64,000 bases of DNA from Sedimentisphaerales bacterium. GTDB lineage: Bacteria > Planctomycetota > Phycisphaerae > Sedimentisphaerales > SM23-30. The notes below the pieces were generated by a model that was not told where the DNA came from, did no database searches, and worked only from the letters and a program-made list of their open reading frames with translations. A program made the translations under genes and the position numbers. Shown one piece after another: positions 9,129 through 17,014 of the stretch (within the stretch, counting starts at the first letter, position 1; the number at the start of each line of letters is the position of its first letter). The DNA is taken from assembly GCA_963666285.1 (NCBI GenBank), contig OY762711.1; one strand, given 5' to 3'.

Positions 9129-9418
9129 AAAATAATTATTTTTTTGCAAAAAAGTGATGATTACTTAGGTTTTTAGTTCAAATAAGAAACTAAGTAATAT
9201 GCGAATTCTGTTTGGGTATACTTTATTTTTCAATTATTTGTAAATTGGAACTCTGGTGAGATTATGTAGAAAAACAATTGTTTCCCGTACTTTATTGCGT
9301 TGCAGAAAGAATGTTATTCCTTATAATGTAAAGTGTTAAATCTAATGGCAATTTCAGAGGTAATCAAAAGTTTTTGATCATTGATAAAAGTAATAATTTG
9401 TGAAAGAGTTGATTCCTA

Positions 9419-10786
9419 ATGAAAAAGATAACAATTTCTTTACTATTGTTTGTGATTGGTACGGTTTTGAATGCAGCCGGAGGTTCCAAGCCGAATGTTA
9501 TATATATCCTGGCTGATGATCTGGGCTATGGCGATTTGAGCTGCTATGGCCAGACCAAGCTTCAGACGCCTAATATCGACCGCCTGGCTGATGAAGGTAT
9601 GAAGTTTACCGCCCATTATTCCGGTAATACAGTATGTTCGCCGTCACGTGCGGTGTTAATGACAGGTATGCATGCCGGACATTGCCATGTTCGCGGGAAT
9701 ATTGGAGAGGCGGGATGTGCCCTTGACCCTGATATGGCGGTGCTGGCAGAGTTGTATAAGCAGGCGGGCTATGCGACCGGAGCATACGGCAAATGGGGGC
9801 TGGGCGTAACCTGTGCCGGCGGCAATCAAAGTCCGTTGAAGCATGGTTTTGATGAGTATGCCGGGTGGAAGAGCCAGAGTATTGCACATACCTACTATCC
9901 GTCAAGTATAATAGTAAACGATCAGGAGATACCATTAGCTGAGGGGACATATATTCACGATATACTAATGAATATGGTTTATAATTTTATCGAGAGAAAT
10001 GCCAAGGCAGAAAAGCCGTTTTTCTGTTATGTGCCGACGGCGATACCTCATGCGGCGATGCATGCCCCTAAAGAATTGCATGAGAAATGGCGAAAGGTGT
10101 TTCCGCAGTTTGATAATAGGATAGGTCGGTATGGAACAGGCAGAAATGATGAGAAATGTGCTGATGTTGTTAATCCGATAGCGGGTTTTGCGGCGATGAT
10201 AGAGCATCTGGATGATAATGTCGGTCATATACTGAACATGCTAGAGGAGCTGGGAATCGATGATAATACAATTGTGATGTTTGCCAGTGATAACGGAGCG
10301 CATGCCGAGGGCGGTCATGATATGCGGTTCTGGAACTCAACCGGCGGCCTGCGTGGTATGAAGCGTGATATGCATGAAGGCGGTATCAGGAGCCCGTTTT
10401 TGGCACGCTGGCCGGGAGTTGTTGCCGAGGGCAGTATTAGCGATCATATAAGTGCGTTCTGGGATGTAATGGCAACCTCGGCTGATCTGCTGGGAGTGGC
10501 GGTTCCTGGGCAATGTGATGGGATATCGTTTCTACCTACTCTGACGGGGCATCCAGAAAAGCAGAAGCAGCATGAATACCTGTACTGGGAGTTTCATAAG
10601 GGCCGGAATCTGTTTTCGCGTGCATTGCGGATGGGAAAATGGAAGGTGTACCTGGAAGAAGGCAAACCGATAGAGCTGTTTGACCTGGAGAATGATCCCT
10701 ATGAAAAGAATGATATTGCTGCCGATAATCCTGAAGTGGTGAAAAAGGCTGAGAAGTATATGAAAGAGGCGAGTAAACCAATTTAA
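9419..10786 (+). CDS. Arylsulfatase (formylglycine-dependent, S1 family)
   Basis: Signal peptide. Motifs KPNVIYILADDLG, CSPSRAVLMTG, GKWGLG and SDNG. Confidence 0.95.
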   Translation: MKKITISLLLFVIGTVLNAAGGSKPNVIYILADDLGYGDLSCYGQTKLQTPNIDRLADEGMKFTAHYSGNTVCSPSRAVLMTGMHAGHCHVRGNIGEAGCALDPDMAVLAELYKQAGYATGAYGKWGLGVTCAGGNQSPLKHGFDEYAGWKSQSIAHTYYPSSIIVNDQEIPLAEGTYIHDILMNMVYNFIERNAKAEKPFFCYVPTAIPHAAMHAPKELHEKWRKVFPQFDNRIGRYGTGRNDEKCADVVNPIAGFAAMIEHLDDNVGHILNMLEELGIDDNTIVMFASDNGAHAEGGHDMRFWNSTGGLRGMKRDMHEGGIRSPFLARWPGVVAEGSISDHISAFWDVMATSADLLGVAVPGQCDGISFLPTLTGHPEKQKQHEYLYWEFHKGRNLFSRALRMGKWKVYLEEGKPIELFDLENDPYEKNDIAADNPEVVKKAEKYMKEASKPI

Positions 10787-10853
10787 GTGAAAAACTTAAA
10801 ATTAAAAGTTAAAAATTCCGGCGTTCGGCTATCGCCTCACAATTTTGTTTAAA
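10784..10853 (+). repeat. Family B element copy 2
   Basis: Aligns with 8497-8572 and begins at the sulfatase stop codon. Confidence 0.8.
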
Positions 10854-10917
10854 GCTAACGCAGATCGTTAGTTCTTTTTTGGTTGATTGTATTTGTAGTT
10901 TTAGAAAAGACTCGTTA

Positions 10918-11979
10918 ATGGACGTATTGATATTTAATATAGTATTTTTGGCGGTAGTTGCAGGTGGAGTGCGGTTCTGGTGGGTAAGTCAGAAGGAGCA
11001 GCATAACTTTCATCATACGCTGGGAATAGCGATGCTGATCTTTATGCTGGGTTTTTTCCTGGCGATGGCGGCTCCGGTCGGGCTGTTTTATAAGATGCAG
11101 CTGCTGACATGGGTGATGTTTCTGCATATTCCGTTGTTTTTTGCGGTGGTGTCGCTGTCGCTAATCAGGCGAAAGTGCAAGTGGACGCTGGTTGTGCTGG
11201 GTATTTCGCTGGTGATAATAGCGGTTGGCGTTGATGCGGTATTGGTCGAGCCGAACTGGCTGGAGGTAACGCATTATGAGATCCGTTCGGATAAGATAAC
11301 CGAGCCGGTGCGGGTGGTGGTAATTGCCGATATCCAGACTGATACGGTTGGAGATTTTGAAGAGAATATCTTGCGGCTGGTAAAGGAGGCGGAGCCGGAT
11401 CTGATACTGTTTGCCGGAGATTATCTGCAATTAGAAGACCTGGATCTGTACCGGCAGGAGAGTGAAAAGTTCCGGGAGCAGCTTTTGCAGGCAGGTTTGA
11501 AGCCAAAGCTGGGTATGTATGCGGTGCAGGGAAATCACGAGCATGGCAGGCCGTGGAAAGGTATGTTTGAGGGTACCGGCGTAGAGCTGCGGGCGTATAC
11601 GGATACGATAGATCTGGGAGAGGTTAGTCTGACGTGTCTGAAATTTGAGGATTCCTTTCACCGGGACCTGGAAGTAGAGAGTCAGCGTGATTTTCATATT
11701 GTGCTTGGCCATTCGCCGGATTTCAGCATGGGCGGTATTGGCGCCGATCTGCTGGTTGCCGGGCATACACACGGCGGGCAGGTGCAGCTGCCGTTTGTGG
11801 GGCCGCTGGTGACGTTTTCGCAGGTTCCGAGGGGTTGGGCATCCGGATTTACCGAGATTATGCCGGGAAAATACCTGCTGGTCTCACGCGGGCTGGGTGT
11901 GGAGCATAACGGGGCGCCCAAGATACGCTTTTTCTGTCGGCCGGAACTGGCAATTATTGACCTAGCTTGCGCTAGATAG
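10918..11979 (+). CDS. Membrane-anchored metallophosphoesterase (YkuE/YaeI-like)
   Basis: N-terminal TM helices. Motifs ADIQ, GDY, GNHE, GHSPD, GHTHGGQV and SRGLG. ATG 10918 is preferred over TTG 10879. Confidence 0.9.
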   Translation: MDVLIFNIVFLAVVAGGVRFWWVSQKEQHNFHHTLGIAMLIFMLGFFLAMAAPVGLFYKMQLLTWVMFLHIPLFFAVVSLSLIRRKCKWTLVVLGISLVIIAVGVDAVLVEPNWLEVTHYEIRSDKITEPVRVVVIADIQTDTVGDFEENILRLVKEAEPDLILFAGDYLQLEDLDLYRQESEKFREQLLQAGLKPKLGMYAVQGNHEHGRPWKGMFEGTGVELRAYTDTIDLGEVSLTCLKFEDSFHRDLEVESQRDFHIVLGHSPDFSMGGIGADLLVAGHTHGGQVQLPFVGPLVTFSQVPRGWASGFTEIMPGKYLLVSRGLGVEHNGAPKIRFFCRPELAIIDLACAR

Positions 11980-12112
11980 TAGAACAGGAGATCAGTAGAG
12001 CAGAAGAAAAACATGGAAATATTTCTTGAGAGAATGTTTAAGTTTTGTTAGAATTGTAAGTGCTGTTAGAGGCTAATCTTAAATTAGTCATTTTCGGCAA
12101 ATTGCAGTGAAT

Positions 12113-12186
12113 CGGGGCGTAGCTCAGCTTGGTAGAGCGCTGCGTTCGGGACGTAGAGGCCGCTGGTTCAAATCCAGTCGCCCCGA
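12113..12186 (+). tRNA. tRNA-Pro (anticodon CGG)
   Basis: Acceptor stem CGGGGCG/CGCCCCG, D-arm AGCTCAGCTTGGTAGAGC, anticodon loop TTCGGGA, T-loop GGTTCAAATCC. CCA is not encoded. Confidence 0.97.
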
Positions 12187-12406
12187 GTTTGGGCTGTTCG
12201 ACATGCTTCTGTTGGACAGCTTTCTTTTTATGGTACAAAAACTCACATAACTAACTATTCTGTTTGGTTTTGGGTTAAACCGAGTCAGAAATATGACCGA
12301 TAAACCGAATAGAACGCTTATTCCGTTTTTGTTGGGATTAAATTCTGTTCGTAAAAGGGATGAGTGAGGAAAAGAAACGTTAATATGTAAAAAAGGAAAA
12401 AGGTTG

Positions 12407-14092
12407 ATGTACAAATTGTATGTTTTGATTTGTTTATTATTAGCAAGCGTATGTTTTGGAAGTGAAATCAATGTGCCGGGGGATTATTCGACCATTCAGG
12501 CGGCGATTGACGCAGCCGGCTCGGGTGATACCGTGAGCGTTGCCGCCGGGAGGTATGTCGAAAATATCACGATTATGGAAGGCATTGCCGTGATCGGGGC
12601 GGGGTCGGATGTCTGCACCATTGACGGCGGCGCTGCCGGTTCGGTTGTGGTCTGTTCAGATTGTTCGAGCGAAACGCGGCTTGTAGGCTTTACGATCACG
12701 AATGGCACTGTAAAAAATGGCGGCGGCATGTACAACAGCAATTCCACGGTTGCGGTTGCCGACTGCGTTTTCGAATCTAATACCGGCACCTACGGCGGCA
12801 TAGTACTGAATGACAGTTCCACGATCACCTTCACCGGCTGTACCTTCAGCGGCAATACTGCTACCACCGGCGGGATGTTAAATCGAAACGCCTCTGACGT
12901 GACTCTTTTAAATTGTACCTTTACCGAAAACACGTCAGAAAATAACGGCGGCGCGATGCGCAACACGAGCAGCTCAACGGTGACCATCACCGGGTGCAGT
13001 TTTACTGACAACACCGCGACCAACACGAATGCCGGCGGCATCTATTGCGAAAGCGGAACCACGGTTACCGTCACGGATTGCACGCTATCTCGAAATTTCC
13101 CGCAACACATCACCGGTGATTACACCGACGGCGGGGGTAATTCCGTCGATTACTGTGTTGATAGCGATACTGACAATTCAGCTCATTATAGAATTATCCA
13201 GGCCGCCATCGATGCGGCGGAGGACGGCGATATCGTGACGGTCATGCCGGGTACGTATGTCGAGAATCTCGATATGTCCGGCAAGGCGATTACCCTGCAA
13301 AGCAGCGACCCGACCGATGCGGAGGTGATTACGACAACGATTCTTGACGGCAACGCTTCCGGTTCGGTGATCAAATGCATTTCGGTTGAAGGTGCCGATA
13401 CCGTTATTACCGGTTTTGTGATCACCAATGGGACAGGAACAGTTGGGGATCGTGATTGTACCTACGGCGGCGGGATCTTCAATCGCTACGGTTCTTCACC
13501 AACGATCAGCAACTGTACCTTCAGCGGCAATATATCCGACTACGGCGGCGGGATCTTCAATCGGAATTCTTCTCTGACCTTGACGAACTGCACCTTCAGC
13601 GGCAATATATCCGACTACGGCGGCGGGATGTGTAATTTCGAATCTTCACCGACGGTCAGCAACTGTACGTTCTGGGACAATACCGCAACCGAAGGCGGCG
13701 GGATGTGTAACCTGGACTGTTCGTCTGTGAAGGTCAGCAACTGTACTTTCAGCGGCAATACCGCAACCGGTGGCGGCGGGATGTATAACCTGGACTGTTC
13801 GTCTGTGAAGGTCAGCAACTGTACTTTCAGCGGCAATACGGCAGATGGGACCGGCGGCGGGGTCTATAATACGTCGGGGTCTTCCCTGCAGATGACAGAC
13901 AACTCTTTCTGTCTTAATTCACCGAATGGGATTTCTGGCAACTACACTGATAACGGCGGAAATGGTTTCGGTTTCTGTGTGAGCCCGGCGATTTCTACGA
14001 TGACCATTACCGGCGACCTCGACGGTGACGGCGATGTGGACCTGATCGACTTTGCGGCGTTTGCGGAGAATTGGCTGATGGTTTCAGAATAG
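12407..14092 (+). CDS. Secreted right-handed parallel beta-helix repeat protein with C-terminal dockerin-like motif
   Basis: Signal peptide. Two IQAAIDAA...G.Y.EN modules. Repeated GGG(I/M).N...NCTFSGN. C-terminal GDLDGDGDVDLIDFAAFAENWL. Confidence 0.85.
   Translation: MYKLYVLICLLLASVCFGSEINVPGDYSTIQAAIDAAGSGDTVSVAAGRYVENITIMEGIAVIGAGSDVCTIDGGAAGSVVVCSDCSSETRLVGFTITNGTVKNGGGMYNSNSTVAVADCVFESNTGTYGGIVLNDSSTITFTGCTFSGNTATTGGMLNRNASDVTLLNCTFTENTSENNGGAMRNTSSSTVTITGCSFTDNTATNTNAGGIYCESGTTVTVTDCTLSRNFPQHITGDYTDGGGNSVDYCVDSDTDNSAHYRIIQAAIDAAEDGDIVTVMPGTYVENLDMSGKAITLQSSDPTDAEVITTTILDGNASGSVIKCISVEGADTVITGFVITNGTGTVGDRDCTYGGGIFNRYGSSPTISNCTFSGNISDYGGGIFNRNSSLTLTNCTFSGNISDYGGGMCNFESSPTVSNCTFWDNTATEGGGMCNLDCSSVKVSNCTFSGNTATGGGGMYNLDCSSVKVSNCTFSGNTADGTGGGVYNTSGSSLQMTDNSFCLNSPNGISGNYTDNGGNGFGFCVSPAISTMTITGDLDGDGDVDLIDFAAFAENWLMVSE
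13461..13862 (+). repeat. Intragenic 75-78 bp tandem repeats (beta-helix rungs)
   Basis: The AACTG(T/C)AC core occurs at 13511, 13586, 13661, 13739 and 13817. The last two units are nearly identical. Confidence 0.85.
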
Positions 14093-14217
14093 ACCGGCAG
14101 CGAGAATTATCCGACTATTTTTATAAATTCTTGCAATGAATGGAGTTGAAAGTTATGCCGAAGGCCCATTTTCAGGAAAGCATCAAGCAATGGTTCAAAC
14201 GAAGGACATTTGCCACG

Positions 14218-14242
14218 AAATTTTCAGCTAAGCTGAAAATTT
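14218..14242. promoter_or_regulatory. 25-bp palindrome, candidate operator
   Basis: AAATTTTCAGCT-A-AGCTGAAAATTT. Confidence 0.6.
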
Positions 14243-14301
14243 AGAGCAGTTGGGTAGCAGGACAAATAGTTTTGAGTTTTCTAGATACCCTTTATCATTT
14301 C

Positions 14302-14330
14302 TTGACAATTTTCAAACATTGTAGTATAAA
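14302..14330 (+). promoter_or_regulatory. Sigma70 promoter for the HzsA-like operon
   Basis: TTGACA-N17-TATAAA. Confidence 0.7.
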
Positions 14331-14443
14331 ATATATACACAATTTGAAAGAAAGTATTTCCCAATACCACACTTGTAATATTCATATTTTTCATGTTTTT
14401 TAATATTGTTCTAAGTCTGGTATTTATAGAAGGTTAAGGTTAA

Positions 14444-16954
14444 ATGAGAGTACAGAAAGTAATTCTACCGGCCTGTCAGACACTAATTTTTTGTGTAATT
14501 CTTTTACAGGTATTGTCTGTATCAATCACAGCAGCTGAAATTCATTGCAGGCATTTCAATACATGGCCAAAAGCAATGATAGAACTTAAAGCTGAACTTA
14601 TTAAGCATAGTGATTCCGGAAACCTCAATAAAGACGGGTATCGCCTGCTTAAAGAGCATCAGGACATGTTTCCAATTGAAATCGATTGGTTCATACAGGC
14701 GTTAGGTAATGATTTGTCAAAATGGTTAAACCGGGAAGATAATAGTTTGTTACCTGAATTGGTTTCATCTGCACTAACAAATTTGAAAGATATAGTCGGT
14801 GAACATAATCCTGAATTTAAGATATTACAGGAAACTCAAGCAAATGAAGTTTCCGATCAATATAAATTATTTCTGAAGATATGTGAATTTCGACGAAAAT
14901 ATCGAATAGCCGATAATAATGCATTGTCAGCGGAAATAGTATATACGAAACACTACAATCTTGGCGGTTCTCATTATGCTTATACAGAAGGACAGTCAGA
15001 TGCCCAGTCAGAGTCGCATTTTCACGGCGGCTCATCGTTGTGTATTATGAAGATTAAGGATAGTTCGGTGTCATTTAGAACAATTCTTGAAGATCCCAAG
15101 GGAGTTATTCGTGACCCGGACGTATCGTTTGATGGAGAACGGATATTATTTGCCTGGAAGAAAAGTCATAAAAACGATGATTATCATTTGTATGAAATTG
15201 GTAAAGACGGGAAGGATTTGCGGCAGTTAACATATGGAGAAGGGGTGGCAGATTATGAAGGTATATATCTGCCTGATGGTGATATTATTTTCAACTCGAC
15301 GAGATGTATACAGACTGTAGATTGTTTTTGGACAGAAGTGTCGAATCTATACAGGTGTGATGGTGAAGGAAGATATCTGCGCAGACTTTCGTATGACCAG
15401 GTCCATACCAACTATCCCCAGTTATTGCAGGATGGCAGAATAGTATATACCCGCTGGGACTATAATGACCGAGGCCAGATATTTCCTCAGGCTTTGTTCC
15501 AAATGAATACTGACGGTACATTGCAAACAGAGTTTTACGGCAATAATTCGTGGTTCCCAACAACAATTATGCATGCCAGGGGGGTGCCCGGTAAGAATAA
15601 AATAATTGCAGTTTTGTCAGGTCATCATACAATACAGCAAGGAAAGCTGGCGTATATTGATCCAACGCCGGGACGCCAGGAAAATGAGGGTGTACAGTTA
15701 ATCTCGCCCAAGCGTATTACGCCGGCTGACAGGATTGACCAGTATGGCCAGGATGGCGAACTTTTTCAGTATCCATATTCTATAAATGAAAATGAATTTA
15801 TTGTAACATACAGTCCCTTTGAAGGAGATAGAAATCTTCACTCCCGTCATTATGCGATTTACTGGATGGATGTTGACGGAAACAGGGAATTATTGGCATA
15901 TGACCCGGATGTTTCATGCAGTCAGCCAATGGCATTATCTGAGCGTCAAGGATATCATCAGCGTCCGGAGATGGTAGATTATTCGAAAGATTATGGGATA
16001 TATTATGTTAAAGATGTATACGAAGGGCCAGGGCTAGCCGGTATAGAAAGAGGGGCGGCCAAATCTATCAGAGTTGTTGCCCTTGACTTTCGAGCGGCCG
16101 GAATTGGCATGAATGGCAGTCATGGAGTAGCAGGAGGAGCTTTGAGCAGCACGCCGCCGGCTGCCCGGAATGCCAGCTGGGATGTGAAAATCGTATTGGG
16201 TACCAGCCCAATTTATAGTGACGGGTCAGCAATGTTCAAGGTGCCTGACAGGACCCCGGTATATTTCCAGGTTTTAGATGAAAAGAATCATGTGATTCAA
16301 ACGATGCGGTCCTGGTCTACACTTCAGCCGGGAGAGATATTCTCCTGTATTGGATGTCACGAAAGCAAGAATTATGTTCCTCCTGCATCCAGTCATACGA
16401 CAATAGCGATGCAGGAAGGAGTCAAAGAGCTGGATGAGTTTTATGGATCGGCTAGAGGATTTAGCTATTTGAAAGAGATACAGCCTATTTTCGATCGCAG
16501 TTGTGCTGCCTGTCATAATGGAGACAAGATATTCAGTTTGTCGGCCAAGGAAGTAGTTGATGAGCAGGCAAAACGTAAATGGACCGAATCATATCAGAAT
16601 CTAACCAGTATAAAAGGTTCTTTTTATGATGCTAAGGATAAAAATATGCTGGTTAACTGGATCCCGGTTCAGTCTGAACCATCGATGCTGCCGCCGTATT
16701 ATGCGGGTGCGGCCAAAAGTAAGCTGGTTAGAATGCTTGAGAAGGGGCATAAGGATGTAAAGCTGTCGCAGGAGGATATGGACAAAATTGCCTGCTGGAT
16801 TGATTTATTAGTGCCATTTTGCGGGGATTATATGGAAGCAAACGCCTGGACAGATGAAGAGATTCGTAAATATCTTCATTTTCTTGATAAGCGAGAGAAA
16901 TATGCTGAGATTGACAGGGAAAATATTGAGGAATACATGAAAAGTAAGAAATAG
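14444..16954 (+). CDS. HzsA-related protein (TolB-like propeller, hydrazine synthase alpha middle domain-like region, two c-type haems)
   Basis: Signal peptide. Motifs DPDVSFDG.RILFAWKK, YLPDGDIIFNSTR, DGRIVYTRWDY, DGSAMFKVP...YFQVLDE...QTMRSW..LQPGE..SCIGCHE and IQPIFDRSCAACH. Confidence 0.8.
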   Translation: MRVQKVILPACQTLIFCVILLQVLSVSITAAEIHCRHFNTWPKAMIELKAELIKHSDSGNLNKDGYRLLKEHQDMFPIEIDWFIQALGNDLSKWLNREDNSLLPELVSSALTNLKDIVGEHNPEFKILQETQANEVSDQYKLFLKICEFRRKYRIADNNALSAEIVYTKHYNLGGSHYAYTEGQSDAQSESHFHGGSSLCIMKIKDSSVSFRTILEDPKGVIRDPDVSFDGERILFAWKKSHKNDDYHLYEIGKDGKDLRQLTYGEGVADYEGIYLPDGDIIFNSTRCIQTVDCFWTEVSNLYRCDGEGRYLRRLSYDQVHTNYPQLLQDGRIVYTRWDYNDRGQIFPQALFQMNTDGTLQTEFYGNNSWFPTTIMHARGVPGKNKIIAVLSGHHTIQQGKLAYIDPTPGRQENEGVQLISPKRITPADRIDQYGQDGELFQYPYSINENEFIVTYSPFEGDRNLHSRHYAIYWMDVDGNRELLAYDPDVSCSQPMALSERQGYHQRPEMVDYSKDYGIYYVKDVYEGPGLAGIERGAAKSIRVVALDFRAAGIGMNGSHGVAGGALSSTPPAARNASWDVKIVLGTSPIYSDGSAMFKVPDRTPVYFQVLDEKNHVIQTMRSWSTLQPGEIFSCIGCHESKNYVPPASSHTTIAMQEGVKELDEFYGSARGFSYLKEIQPIFDRSCAACHNGDKIFSLSAKEVVDEQAKRKWTESYQNLTSIKGSFYDAKDKNMLVNWIPVQSEPSMLPPYYAGAAKSKLVRMLEKGHKDVKLSQEDMDKIACWIDLLVPFCGDYMEANAWTDEEIRKYLHFLDKREKYAEIDRENIEEYMKSKK

Positions 16955-17014
16955 AAACTACTTGATAAGTGTGATATTTAACAAATAATTGTTTGCTGTA
17001 AATTGGAGTCTGAA

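Noticed and set aside
12038..12471. Minus-strand ORFs 12038..12238 and 12124..12471
   Set aside because: They are antisense translations of tRNA-Pro (GATGFEPAAS and SGRLDLNQRP are typical tRNA shadow peptides).
13461..13862. Near-identical repeats as a possible diversity-generating retroelement TR/VR pair
   Set aside because: They are in-frame tandem coding repeats, the differences are not confined to adenines, and there is no reverse transcriptase in the window.
12113..14400. Integrative element or prophage at tRNA-Pro
   Set aside because: No integrase, phage gene or duplicated tRNA 3' end (att site) was found by eye.
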